Assembly (NCBI GenBank): GCA_951406725.2
Contig: OX597826.1
Location: forward strand, 13,950,001 to 14,014,000
Source: Octopus vulgaris
Taxonomy: Eukaryota
Length of the DNA: 64,000 bases
Direction: 5' to 3'
Below are positions 1 through 13,519 of this stretch, one piece after another (the stretch's first letter is position 1; the number at the start of each line of letters is the position of its first letter). Below the pieces are notes generated by a model. The model was given only the letters and a program-made list of their open reading frames with translations, ran no database searches and had not been told where the DNA came from. Both the position numbers and the translations under genes were made by a program.

Positions 1-695
1 AGGTGCCAGTAAGGCGACGTTAGTAATGAACACGCTCGAATGGTGCCCTTTTACATGCCACTGGCATGGAAGCCAGTTGGCTGCTCGTGCAACGATCACA
101 CTCAGATGGTGCTCTTGGTACCCTACTAGCATGGGCACAAGTGCCAGTAAGGCGACGCTGGTAACGGTCACACTTGAATGGTGCCCTTTAAGTGCTACTG
201 GCATGGAAGCTGGTTAGCCGCTCTGCCAATGATCATGCTCATATGGTGCTCTATGCACCCTTCTAGCATGGACGCCAGTCATCGAATTTGATTTTGATTT
301 TGATTTTGCTTTTGATTGATTTCACTTGCCTCAAAAGGTTTTCGCAAGCAGAGTTTTAGTGTCAAAAGAAGGAAAAGGTACATATAAGTGGTCTGGTTAC
401 GCCCCTGGCATAGGCCATGAGATTATAGTTTCATTTGGCTTGCCGGATCTTCTCACGCACGGCAAATTTCCAAAGGTCTCGGTCACTAGTCATTTCCTTG
501 GTGAGGCCTAAAGTTCGAAGGTCGTGCTTCACCACTTCATCCCAGGTCTTCCTGGGTCTACCTCTTCCACAGGTTCCCTCATCCGCTAGGGTGTGGCACT
601 TTTTCACACAGCTGTCCTCATCCATTCTTGCCACATGACCATATCAGCGCAGTCATCTCTCTTGTGCACCACATCTGATGCTTCTTAGGTTCAAC
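1..695 (-). mobile_element. RTE-clade LINE 3' end (ORF C-terminus plus tandem-subrepeat 3' UTR)
   Basis: ORF 431-634 GTCGRGRPRKTWDEVVKHDL...DRDLWK is a typical RTE C-terminus; followed by repeated gccggtggcacgtaaaaagcacc-like units. Confidence 0.85.
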
Positions 696-940
696 AAACC
701 AAAATAGGAGATTCTGACAAGCTAAATTTGCCGTTTGACTTTTCTGTCAATTTATTGCAGTCATAATCCCAATTGAATAGTTTCAGCTCACTTTATTTCT
801 TATGAATTTATAAACTGAATCATCCCTCAGTAATTTTTAGTCACATTGTTGAAATTTATAAATAGTCTCACTAAATTCTCCTTATTTCTTTTTTTCACCA
901 ACTGAGAAAAATATGCTTCACTGAGGAGATTTAACAAGAC

Positions 941-1168
941 TTAACCCTTTTGTGTTTAAACCGGCCATATCAGGCCAAAATTGTCTTCTTGTTTTATTCT
1001 CAAACCAGCCAGCTCTGACCTCTAACACCTACCCAACAAAGTCATTCTAAAAATAAACAGGGACATCATCAATATCCCAGAGTTACAAGATGCTGTACAA
1101 TTAATTTAAAATAATGTAATTAAACAGGCTTTACATTTGACAGAGTAATCTAAATGCTAAAGGGTTAA
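941..1168. mobile_element. piggyBac-like MITE family A
   Basis: TTAACCCTTT...AAAGGGTTAA ends (TTAA TSD, CCC/GGG termini); related copies near 16062-16290 and 49340-49560. Confidence 0.75.
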
Positions 1169-1920
1169 ACATGTCTTATGTTCACCAGTTGGTTTAAGGA
1201 CCAGCTCCTTTCATATAATGCCTTTTTAAATATCTTCTCAAATTCCAATTGGTTTTATTGGAGTTACCTTCCTTGTACACATTGTGTTGATAATCCAAAT
1301 TGAAGAGTTTCAACACTATATTATAAATAAAAGCTTTCTTTCTGCTTCTTAATCTTGCCCGGTTTGCAGAACATACTTTAGTGAAGGGGTATAATAAGAA
1401 TTAAACATGTTCATTGCATTCAGCCCTAGGCTCAAAGATTAAATCCAATCTCATATCTGCAATTACTGTATTTTCCAAACTTTCAAGGAAGTGATTTTAT
1501 TAGAGCTGACACCCTTGACAGCTATTTTTAATGATTTTGAACAGCCCTAGAAACAGTTTTTGCTACCTTAAAAACGAGAGACCATATTTTGTAATTGTAT
1601 TTGATACACAAAACATTCCCCTTAAAGTATTTTCCTATCCCCGTAGTTTTAAATTTGGCTTTGGCTAAGATATGAAGGTCACCCATCATTTCCTTCAACC
1701 ATAGACACATTCCTATTTATTCCAAACTGTTTGTAGTATATATTATCATAGTATAAAATTATTAATAACAATTGAAGATAACATCCAGAGTGGCTATACT
1801 AAGCTGCTATTAGATTACAAAAAGTAAAAGTAGTAGTTTGTAATAAACTAACTGAACACTCCACTCCATGTCATTGAACGGTAAGTTCCTAGTAAGCAGC
1901 GAATGTAATAATAATAATAT

Positions 1921-2327
1921 TATGGCTGTGTGGTAAGTAGCTTGCTAACCAACCACATGGTTCCGGGTTCAGTCCCACTACGTGGCATCTTGGGCAAGTG
2001 TCTTCTGCTATAGCCCCGGGCCAACCAATGCCTTCTGAGTGGATTTGGTAGACGGAAACTGAAAGAAGCCTGTCGTATATATGTGTATATATATATATGT
2101 ATGTGTGTGTTTGTGTGTCTGTGTTTGTCCCCCTAGCATTGCTTGACAACCGATGCTGGTGTGTTTACGTCCCCGTCACTTAGCGGTTCGGCAAAAGAGA
2201 CAGATAGAATAAGTACTGGGCTTACAAAGAATAAGTCGCGGGGTCGATTTGCTCAACTAAAGGCGGTGCTCCAGCATGGCCGCAGTCAAATGACTGAAAC
2301 AAGTAAAAGGGTAAAGAGTAAAGAGTA
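1921..2327 (+). mobile_element. tRNA-derived SINE family A (CORE-like centre, internal TA/TG microsatellite)
   Basis: A-box-like tggctgtgtggtaag, B-box-like gggttcagtccc, ccttgggcaagtgtctt core, tail gactgaaacaagtaaaagag; more than 20 full or partial copies in the window. Confidence 0.9.
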
Positions 2328-2540
2328 ATGAAATTATTGTATACAGTGCTCAGGTGCACCACAACTTGTCAGAAGTGCATATAAAGCATATGCAGTAATG
2401 TACAAATGTCTGGAAAGTGAACGGTGTATGAGTCAGATACATGCTTGTGTGTGTATGAAGGGGAGAAAATCAGGTGTAGTGTTGGCGAATCTCAGGAAGC
2501 ATGGAAGTTTTGAAGGATGCAGTGCTCCGACAACTAATAC
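2328..2540 (-). mobile_element. CR1/L2-like LINE 3' fragment
   Basis: Reverse complement of the 53430-53745 and 41600-41800 sequences. Confidence 0.7.
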
Positions 2541-3117
2541 TGTTTTGCATCCTATATCTTTTATCTTTCTTTGTCTTTTACTTGTTTCAGTCATTCGACT
2601 GCAGCCATGCCGGTGCACCATCTTGAAAAACATGTAGCGAGGCACAAGGAGCCAGCACCGTTTTGAACAAGATCTTGCCTGTAACCAGTATTTGCCATGC
2701 GTGAGACAACAAAATTCTCGCCGGCAACCAGTATTTAAGTAAGAAACCAACAACATTCACTCTCTCATGTCTCCTCATGCTTACACTGAGAAATACTGTG
2801 TAGCCAGCAGCCCACAGCAGACACTTGTCCCACTCTGACTCCACAGGCTTATCTCCAGAGGTAATGAACCTCACATGTACGGAGTTAAAACAAAACATGT
2901 GCTGCTATAAAGATGGTCACTGAGAGAGAACCACATGAGTGAGATCTCCGTAAATGAATGGCTGTTGAACTTCTTCGTGTTCCAGATCCTTGAAATGGCA
3001 AAAAATAATTATAATGGGGGAAGGAGATACTCCACAGGTATCACAAACCTCCCATTCCATTAGAAACATTTTTAATAAAATAAATCAACCACAATACTTA
3101 TATCTATATCTATATAC

Positions 3118-3187
<70 letters not shown>

Positions 3188-3189
<2 letters not shown>

Positions 3190-3569
3190 TAGTACTTATT
3201 CTATCAGTGTCTTTTGCCAAACTGCTAAGTTATGGGGACATAAACACACCACCACCAATTATCAAGTGGTGGTGGTGGTGGTGGTATAAAAACACTGACA
3301 CAAAGACATACGCACATAGATACATATTTACACACACACACACACACACATGCACAGACATACACACACATGCACAGACACACACACACATGCACAGACA
3401 CACACACACATATGACAGGCTTCTTTCAGTTTCCGCCTACCAAATTCACTCACAAGGTTTTGGTCAGCCCAAAGCTATAGTAAAAGACACTTGCCCAAGG
3501 TGCCACACAATGGGACTGAACATGGAACCATGTGGTTGGAAAGCAAGATTTTTACCACACAGCCACACC
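3188..3569 (-). mobile_element. SINE family A
   Basis: Reverse-complement match to the family A sequence. Confidence 0.85.
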
Positions 3570-3605
3570 TAAATTATTATAGCTTTATAACAATTGAGGA
3601 TATCC

Positions 3606-4020
3606 ATTTCTTTACTACCCAGAAAAGGCTAAACACAAAGAGGACAAACAAGGACAGCCAAACGGATTAAGTCGATTATATCGACCCCAGTGCGTAACTG
3701 GTACTTAATTCATCGACCCCGAAAGGATGAAAGGCAAAGTCGACCTCGGTGGAATTTGAACTCAGAACGTAACGGCAGACAAAATACCTATTTCTTTACT
3801 ACCCACAAGGGGCTATACACAGAGAGGACAAAGAAGGACAGACAAACGGGTTAAGTTGATTAGATCAACCCCAGTGTGTAACTGGTACTTATTTTATCGA
3901 CCCCAAAAGGATGAAAGGCAAAGTCAACCTCAGCGGAATTTGAACTCAGAATGTAGCAGCAGACGAAATACCGCTAAGCATTTTGCCCGGCGTGCTAACA
4001 ATTCTGCCAGCTCACCACCC
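3606..4020 (-). mobile_element. tRNA-derived SINE family B, tandem dimer
   Basis: Minus strand reads gagctggcagaa...gagttcaaattcc...gcctttcatcctttcggggtcga; the ~182-bp body occurs twice. Confidence 0.85.
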
Positions 4021-4562
4021 TGAATATATCGGATATCATCCCAAGTGGCTATGGTAAGCTGCTATCAAATTACAAGAAGTAAAAGTGGTCGTTTATAATA
4101 ACCCAACTGAACACTTCACATTATGTCAGTTGGTAGTGACAAGTGAATATTGTAGGTATTTCTATGTCTATGAGAAGGATCATAACCATCACAAGATCCA
4201 CATTCCTCACTTTCTTCCCACTGCCACCCAAAAATATGGCCTGTTCCAAGAGGCATGGTGACTAATCACTTTAGTGCTTTTTCCTTGAATATGGGGAAGC
4301 TGTGAGGTGGAGAAGTTAGCTTCTCAATCATGTGGTCTCAGGTTCAATCACACTGCATGGCATCTTGCACTTTGCACCTTGGGCTAGTGTCTTCTACCTT
4401 AGCCCAAGGCTGACCAAAGCCTTATGAGTGGATTTGGTAGATGGAAACTGAAAGAATCCCATTTTACATATATATATATAAATCAGTGCTTCTCAACTGG
4501 GATCAGTGTAAGATTTTGCTGCTAAAATTTATGTCCAATGAATAGGTTATACTTCTACAATA

Positions 4563-4962
4563 CTCTTTTACTTGTTTCAGTCATTTGACTGCGGCCATGC
4601 TGGAGCACAACCTTTAATCAAGCAAATCGACCCCCAGGACTTATTCTTTGGAAGCCTAGTACTTATTCTATTGGTCTCTTTTGCCGAACCGCTAATTTAC
4701 GGGGACGTAAACACACCACCGTCGGTTGTCAAGCGATGTTGGGTGAACAAACACAGACACACAAACATATACACACACACATACATACATATACATACAT
4801 ACGACAGGTTTCTTTCAGTTTCCGTCTACCAAATCAACTCACAAAGCTTTGGTTGACCCGAGGCTATAGTAGAAGATACTTGCTCAGGGCACCATGCAAT
4901 GGGACTGAACCCGGAACCATGTCATTCATAAGCAAGCTACTTACCACAAATCCACTCCTATG

Positions 4963-4964
<2 letters not shown>
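4563..4964 (-). mobile_element. SINE family A
   Basis: Full-length reverse-complement copy. Confidence 0.88.
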
Positions 4965-5004
<40 letters not shown>

Positions 5005-5069
5005 GTAATATAATATGATATGATATAATATAATGTGATATAATATAATATGATATAATATAATATAAT

Positions 5070-5310
5070 AGAGCACCAACCGATCATGGCATTTGGCAGC
5101 CTCCCCTGGCACCTGTGCCGGTGGCACGTAAAAAGCACACACTACACTCACGAAGTGGTTGACGTTAGGAAGGGCATCCAGCTGTAGAAACACTGCCAGA
5201 TCAGACTGGAGCCTGGTGCAGCCTCCTGGCTTCCCAGACCCCGGTCAAACCATCCAACCTGTGCTAGCATGGAAAATGGACATTAAACGATGATGATGAT
5301 GATGATGATA
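5070..5310 (+). mobile_element. RTE LINE 3' tail fragment ending in (GAT)n
   Basis: ggttggcgttaggaagggcatccagctgtagaaac...ccatgctagcatgg...gatgatgat; also near 9115-9440(-), 29700-29985, 42015-42116, 50900-51366 and 61490-61690. Confidence 0.8.
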
Positions 5311-5466
5311 ATATAATATAATATAAACAGCAGCTTACAATGTCTCACCAAAAAGGAGAACTATAATTGTCTCTAAATGTGACTAGGGTGTTAGGAAACA
5401 CCTACATTGCTAGAAATAAGAGCTAAAATGCTCTAATGCTGTAGTTAACACACACGAATGAAAATA

Positions 5467-5913
5467 GGATCCTTTCGGTTTGAACGGCAGTTCTTTCTAG
5501 CGGTGAAATATGAAATTGTCACCCATAATTATGACCCTAGTATCGATCTATTGCATTTCAATCTGTTTTAGGCTTAGGGTTAGTTAGGATTAGTAAGGGT
5601 TAGTTAGGGTTAGGGGTGGGGGAAGGGTATCTTTTTTTTCTTCACAAATGTAAATAAACCCAATCTGTTTCTTAAACGAGGGACATATTCATACAGCACA
5701 GAATGTTTTTTACCTCAATGAACGTCAGTGATTGGTTGAAATTGCAGAAATTGAAGAAAAAAAACAACAAATATCTTACAAACTATAGAATTTTCTCAAT
5801 AAAACCAAGAGAAAAAGATGTTTTATAAACACTTTCTACCAGTATACGAAGTTTAACATTTTTTAGTTACCTAAAAATTATGTTAAAAACTGCCGTTCAA
5901 ACCAAAAAGATCC
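5467..5913. mobile_element. MITE with GGATC-terminal TIRs and 8-bp TSD
   Basis: TIRs ggatcctttcggtttgaacggcagtt / aactgccgttcaaaccaaaaagatcc; TSD tgaaaata on both sides. Confidence 0.9.
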
Positions 5914-6186
5914 TGAAAATATATACACTAGTAGGGTCCTGAATCATCTGAAAAATGCCAGCCGAGAATTCTTAATCCTAATTTCAATTCTGGCAATTTC
6001 CGTTGCCTCATCAGTTAAGCCCAATTAATATTTGGTTTTCTCCAGACTTGCTTCTCTATTAAAATTTATGTTTTGTCATCCAAATTAAAGGATGATTTAG
6101 CAATTCGTTAAAGTGTATACATAAAATTAATACTAATAAAAGGTTACAGTGTTTCACCAAAAAGTAGAAATATAATTGTCACATAT

Positions 6187-6347
6187 GCGCAGGAGTGGTT
6201 GTGTGGTAAGTAGCTTGCTTACCAACCACATGGTTCCTGGTTCATTACCACTGGGTGGCACCTTGGACAAGTGTCTTCTACTATAACCTCGGGCCGACCA
6301 AAGCCTTGTGAGTGGATTTAGTAGACAGAAACTGAAAGAAGCCCGTC

Positions 6348-6385
<38 letters not shown>

Positions 6386-6605
6386 TCATGTGTGTGTATG
6401 TTTGTGTGTCTGTGTTTGTCCCTCCAACATCGCTTTACAACCGATGGTGGTGTGTTTACGTCCCCGTAACTTAGCGGTTCAGCAAAAGAGACTGATATAA
6501 TAAGTACTAGGCTTCCAAAGAATTAGTCCTGGGGTCGAGTTGCTCGACTAAAGGTGGTGCTCCAGTATGGTCGCAGTCATATGACTGAAACAAGAAAAAG
6601 AGTAA
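6187..6605 (+). mobile_element. SINE family A
   Basis: Full-length copy. Confidence 0.9.
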
Positions 6606-6622
6606 AAAAAAAAAAACTTTAA

Positions 6623-6906
6623 ATGAGACTAGGGTGTTAAGAAACACCTACATTGCTAGAAATAATAGCTAAAATTTTCTAATGCTGTAGTTAATGCACT
6701 TGAAGGGAAACAAATATACTAGGAAGGACCTGAATTGTCTGAAAAATGCTGAAACTGATGTTAGTATTAAGAATTCTCGATCAACATTTTCAGATGATTC
6801 GCATCCTTGTTAGTGTATATGTTTTCATTTACATGCGTTAACTACAGCATTAGAAAATTTTAGCTATTATTTCTAGCAATGTAGGTGTTTCTTAACACCC
6901 TAGTCA

Positions 6907-6909
<3 letters not shown>
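6623..6909. repeat. Fold-back inverted repeat, arms about 125 bp
   Basis: gactagggtgttaagaaacacctacattgctagaaat... mirrored by ...atttctagcaatgtaggtgtttcttaacaccctagtc. Confidence 0.9.
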
Positions 6910-7168
<259 letters not shown>

Positions 7169-8080
7169 ATTATATTGATTGTAATTGTTGTGCTGTATTA
7201 ATGTCTAATCTTAATGCTCTTGTGTAGTGTTTTAATAAAGTATATGATTCGGTATTATCTGATAGTTGATGAATGATTTAGATATATTTCTCCATTTTCT
7301 CATTTTGCATATATATATATATATATTCAATCATATCAAAGGGAAATGGAATTTAATTAAAGTTGAAAACATTCAATTAAAAATTACAATTCCAGTGGTC
7401 TAATGCATAAAAAATTTTAGTCAAAAAGACTATATATTAGTCATACAATATAGTGTATATTTAAACACATAGAGAATCCACTTATAGGGATTCTACGCGC
7501 TAGAAAGAACAGCTAAGTTCTATAACCACAAAAAAATTGGGGATAAAATTCGACAGGAATAAATTTGGAAATTAAATTATATACATATATATATAAACTC
7601 TTTGCTGTTTATTATATAGATATATTAAACAGTTTAGATTAAAGGATATAAAAGATACAAACACATACTCAAGTGACATGAAGTGAGATAAACAGGATTT
7701 GAAAATTCAGTGTCTCCATCTACTATTTTCTACTTTTCACTTGTTATGGGACTGCGGTCATTCTGGAGCACTGCCCCGAGGGGGTTAGTTGCACAAATCA
7801 ATCCCAGTATTTGATTTCTAAACTTGATGCTTATTATATTGATCTTTTTTGCCAAATTTCAAAATTATGGGGACTAAAGGAACTTGTTATCAAATGATAC
7901 TTGTTATCAAACAGTGGTGGGGTACAAACACAACATGGGTACAGGACACATACACACACACATATGTGTATGTATCTCTCTCTCTCTGATTCACTCAGAC
8001 TATCTATTCATCTCTCCAACTGTCTGTCTGCTTGTCTCTCTCTCTCTCCCAGTGCAGCCCTGTGTGGCTAATAAAGAAAC

Positions 8081-8263
<183 letters not shown>

Positions 8264-8456
8264 GACTGTGGCCATGCTGGGGCACCACCTTGAATTTTTA
8301 GTTGAATGAATCCACCCCAGTACTTCTTTTTTTTCTCTTTAAGCCTAGTACTTATTCTGTTGGTTTCTCTCACTCTTTTGCCAAACTGCTAAGTTATGGG
8401 GATGCAAACACACCAACTCTGGTTGTCGAGCAGTGAGATGGGGGTGGACAAACACA

Positions 8457-8513
<57 letters not shown>

Positions 8514-8664
8514 GAGATTGTTGTGCCATGTAGTGGGACTGAACCTGGATCCATGTGGTTGGGAAGCAAGCTTCTTACCACACAGCCATACTTGCACTCA
8601 TTCTCACTAAATTCCCTATTTCTTAGTTTTACCAACTGAGAAAAATATGCTTCCCTGAGGGAGT

Positions 8665-8893
8665 TTAACCCTTTCGTTATCGTATTTATTTTGAGATGGT
8701 CTGTGTTTCTTTCAATTATTTTTAATATAACAAAGAATTTAGTAAATTAACTTTGTTATCATTAAGCTAGTGTTAGGAACATAAATTGTGACTAAGGTTT
8801 GGTGGAAGATTTGAATTCAAAACTTATGAAAACAAGACATTTATACTAAAGAGCCAGAGCCAGTTTCAGCCGGGTTGGTAAAAAAAGGGTTAA
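8665..8893. mobile_element. piggyBac-like MITE family B
   Basis: TTAACCCTTTCGTTA...AAAGGGTTAA ends; other copies at 29099-29326 and 54594-54823. Confidence 0.8.
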
Positions 8894-9802
8894 TAAGACT
8901 GAAACATGTCTGTTATTTACTGCACAGTGTTTGATTCTCATGGTTCAGTTTGTACAAACTTAGCAGTATAATGTAATAAAAAATAATTATTATAGAAAGA
9001 AAACTTGAGTGTTTATTATACATTTCATTCTGGAAGCTTGAGTGACATCAGAGAAATTAAATGCTAACACAGAACAGAAACAAGTGATTATATCATTTGT
9101 TTCATTTCTGTTTCATCATCATCATCATCATCATCATTGTTTAACATCTGTTCTCCATGCTAGCATGGATTGGACGGTTCGACCGGGGATCTGGGAAGCC
9201 AGAAGGCTGCACCAGGCTCCAGTCTGATCTGGCGGTGTTTCTACAGCTGGATGCCCTTCCTAACGCCAACCACTCCGTGAGTGTAGTGGGTGCTTTTTAC
9301 GTGCCACCGGCACAGGTGCCAGGTGAGGCTGGCAACGGCCACGATCGGATTGGTGCATTTTACGTGCCACCCGCATGGAAGCCAGTCAAGGCGGCGCTGG
9401 CATCGGCCACGATTCGGATGGTGCTTTTTACGTGCCACAGGAGTCATTCCAGCAGTCCTGTTTATTCCTAATATATTTACAAGTTATCATTAATAAATAA
9501 ATTTATGTTATAAAAAATTATGAATGTTTTAGCTTTATTTTGTTTATTTAAATTTATTTCTGCTAAAATTCTTTCCACACAGCCACAGGTGTGGCTGTGT
9601 GGTAAGAAGTTTGCTTCCCAACCACATGGTTCCAGGTTCAATTCCCACTGCATGATCCCTTGGCCAGGTGTTTTCTACTATAACCTAGGGCCGAGCAAAG
9701 CTTTATGAGTGGATTTAGTAGACAGAAAGTGAAAAATATCCCTTGTACATATATGTGTGTGTGCGTGTTCCAAACTGAAAGCCAATACAAAGTCAATTTA
9801 CC

Positions 9803-10217
9803 TATTTCTTTACTACCCACAAGGGGCTAAACACAGAGTGGACAAACAAGGACAGACAAAGGGACCAAGTCGATTATATCGACCCCAGTGCGTAACTGGT
9901 ACTTAATTTATTGACCCCGAAAGAATGAAAAGCAAAGTCGACCTCGGCGGAATTTGAACACAGAATGTAAAGACAGACGAAATACCTATTTCTTTACTAC
10001 CAACAAGGGGCTAAACACAGAGTGGATAAACAAGGACAGACAAAGGGACCAAGTCGATTACATCGACCCCAGTGCATAACTGGTACTTAATTTATCGACC
10101 CCAAAAGGATGAAAGGCAAAGTCGACCTCAGCAGAATTTGAACTCACAACATAACGGCAGACGAAATACCGTTAAACATTTCGCCGTCATGCTAACGATT
10201 CTGCCAGCTTGCAGCCT
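9803..10217 (-). mobile_element. SINE family B, tandem dimer
   Basis: Same structure and junction as 3606-4020. Confidence 0.85.
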
Positions 10218-11108
10218 TTACAAAGTCAATTTCCCCCTAGATATTACACCAGTTTATTACTAGTTAACACTCACAAATAATTTGATACATATCTCCAACA
10301 GCTAAGTGAACTGAAATAATTCTGTTTATAAAGTAATTCTATCTAGAAACACAAACAAAAATGCAAGAGATTTCATTTCACTGTCCTTAAGTGAATGCCC
10401 TAACCACTAGGTCACATCATAACTTTCACAACTAAACCATATCCTAAGATTTTAAATCAGTTTACATCAAACAATTTTTCTGCAAAGTGAAGTTTTTCAT
10501 TATTTTTTTTTTTCCAGAAAATTAATAGATTTAGAAAGTAATCTTACCTAATTATTCCTTCTTTTGTATTCCTTGTTTCCTTAGGAGTCACTTATCAGCC
10601 ACACACAGAAGGTTTGACAGCCAATTTCAAAATGATTCCTAAATTTGTGACGACAGAAGCTTACGCGACTTTAACAAAACAAAGCAATTTATTGTTTATC
10701 ATTCCCATCCCAAGGGAAGTATTATTTATATAGATTCAACAGTTTCACTTTTTCCTGTCTTTCAATGTTTTTATCCCCCACACTTATTACCACTTAGCAA
10801 ATCAAAACTTATGAAATTAACATGTGACTAATTATCATCGTTTATTAGTCAGTCTATTTATATATTCGTTGTGATTTCCCCGTAACGTGCCAGCCTGTGG
10901 GGATTGCATAATTCTGTGTATGCATATATATATTAGTGTGTGTGTGTGGAGGGGACAAGCATGTGATTATGTGTGTGTGTGTATATGTATATAGGAAAGA
11001 GGATTTCAAAATGGAAAGGTCAATAAACATCTTGAAAAGACCTCTGCATTTTCAAATCCTCTTTCCTATATATTTTCACTCGTGCAGTGCCTTGCAAGTT
11101 TACTTTGT

Positions 11109-11168
<60 letters not shown>

Positions 11169-11636
11169 TGTGTGTGTGTGTATATATATATATATGTATA
11201 TATACATATATATATATATACACATATATATATATTTATGTAGGTATATATGTACGTACATACATATATACATATATATATATGTAGGTATACATATATA
11301 TATGTATATATATAGATATATATATATGCGTGAATATATATATATACATGCCAATATATACTGGTATATCTCATTCCTCTCGCTTCTCTCTCTTTTTCTA
11401 TGTGAGTATACACACACACACATGCACAAACACACATACATACTTAAATGCATGCATACATATATACATACATACATGCATACATACATACATACATGCA
11501 TGCATGCATGCATACATACATACATACATACATACATACATACATACATACATACATACATAAATACATGCATACATACATAAATACATGCATACATACA
11601 TACATACATGCATACATACATACATACACACATATA
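11109..11636. repeat. Compound (TA)n/(TG)n/(TACA)n microsatellite
   Basis: Seen directly; explains the many low-complexity ORFs here. Confidence 0.95.
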
Positions 11637-13050
11637 TAGGGTCATTCTGTAAATAATGTGGCTTTTTTTATACATCTTTTATTTTTCAAAATTAAAATAA
11701 ACAAAGTTCTTTTTTTATTTAAAATATACTCTCCTTCATTTTCTACAATGCTCTTCTATCTATCTGCTAGACTTGCAAGGGTCCTCTTCCAAAATTCACT
11801 TGTCTGTGATGAAAAATACTCCTCCAGTACTGTTCTGACCTTGTCTATAGAATTCATATTTTGTCCATCCAAATGATTTTAAAGACTGCAGAATAAATGA
11901 TAATCAGATGGGGAAATGACTGGCGAATATAGTGGGTTGGGTATTGTTTCCCATTCAAACTGCTCCAACCCTTCGGAATATCATCTTTGCTGTATGTGGC
12001 CGAGCATTATCCTGTTTGAAGAACACCTTTCGTCTTGAAACCAAAGATGGTCATTTTTCTTCTAGCGCTGACTTAAGCCACTCAAGCTGCTTACAGTTGG
12101 TCTCTTTTGTTACTGTTTGGTTTGGGTTTAAAAGCTTTTAAAAGGGACTAAACCTTTCATATACCACCAAACAGGTAATAATACCTTACGTGGGTGAAGA
12201 CCTTCTTTAGCCTGAAATGCTGGTGTTTCTCCTTTCCTTACCCACTGTCTTCAGCGCTTGACATTTTTATAGAGAACCCATTTCTCATCACCAGTCACTA
12301 TTCAGTCCAAAATGGGTTCATTCATGAGACAAGACAGCAAAGAGGAATGCACTTTCACTCTCTGCACATGATTAGACTCGGAAAGTTTGTTAGGAACCCA
12401 TTGACCCAATTTGCTGACCTTCCTGATGGCGCACAGGTGTCGACGAATGGTTGAATGACCTAATCCAAGTTTCGCTGCTAGTTACAATGGGATTTTGTTC
12501 CACCAGGGTTTGTAGGATGTCATCTTTGAGCTTTACAGATCTTCCAGGATGAGGCTTGTCTTCTAGGCTGTAGTTTCTGGCTTGGAATTTTTGGAACCAC
12601 CATTGACAGTGGCTTACACTTATTGTCCAATCCCCTTATACTGCATTAATATTCCTTGCAGTTTCTGTTGCGTTGTTGCCTTTATTGAACTCATAAAGCA
12701 CAATATTCCAAATATGCTCCTTTGTCACTTCCATCATAACTTTGAAAAAATAACTGTTAAAATCCACATTGTCCCATCTGATTATCATTTATTCCGCAGT
12801 CTTCAAAAACATTTAGACGGGAAAAAATAAATTCTGTAGATGAGCTCAGAACAGTACTGGAGGAATATTTTTCATCATGGACAAGTGAATTTTGGTAAAG
12901 AGGCCTTGCAAGTCTATTAGATAGATGAAAAAGCATTGTAGAAAATGAAGGAGTAGAATATTTTAGATTAAAAATTAACTTTGCTCATCTTAACTTTTAA
13001 AAATATAAGAATTATTAAAAACCACATTATTTATGGGATGATCCAATATA
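11637..13050 (-). mobile_element. Degenerate mariner transposon with rearranged, palindromic ends
   Basis: Minus strand from ~12737 reads MMEVTKEHIWNIVLYEFNKGNNATETARNI (mariner N-terminus) through a decayed YSP..SPSDYHLF motif near 11900; TA-flanked TIRs; stops and frameshifts present. Confidence 0.88.
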
Positions 13051-13519
13051 TACTTAACTTACAAACATACATACCAACAACAGACATGCAAATGAGCAAT
13101 CACACACACACACACACATTCCCAAGGTGTATCTAAGTGTTTAGGCTGGCTCATGACAATGTTTCTGTATTTAATTATGCTTTACATATTTGCGTCAGTG
13201 TACATATGGGAGTGGTGTATATATTCTATTAATTTTTTTTATCTCTATTTTTATTAATTGAATCTGTATATGTGAGATAATATTTGAATACAGTACTGGA
13301 AGGGGTGTTGACAGGTTCCTCGCTTTGGGTAACAGGAAATACAGAACGATCAATTAATTATGTTTTTATGCAACATATTTCCTTCTCAGATTCACGCACT
13401 TATTGCAGAGGTTCTTCAGTGCAAAAGAACGCGGAAGGTCGGGCCTCTAACCGGCCCTTTTGCTGCACCATTAAAGCCAGAAACCTTTCAATACCCCCTC
13501 ATACATATGTGTGTGTATA

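Noticed and set aside
1889-2328. Recurrent ORFs such as YDGLLSVSVYQIHSQG...EDTCPRCHAVGLNPEPCGW, resembling a gene family
   Set aside because: Chance frames in SINE family A, repeated wherever the SINE occurs.
2634-2910. Possible solo LTR (tgtagc...gctata)
   Set aside because: No matching TSD, no canonical CA end and no second copy in the window.
5570-5625. Telomere or chromosome fusion relic
   Set aside because: The TTAGGG units are internal to a MITE present three times in the window.
10936-11675. Long ORFs (215 aa, 191 aa and others)
   Set aside because: Translations of TA/TG/TACA microsatellites.
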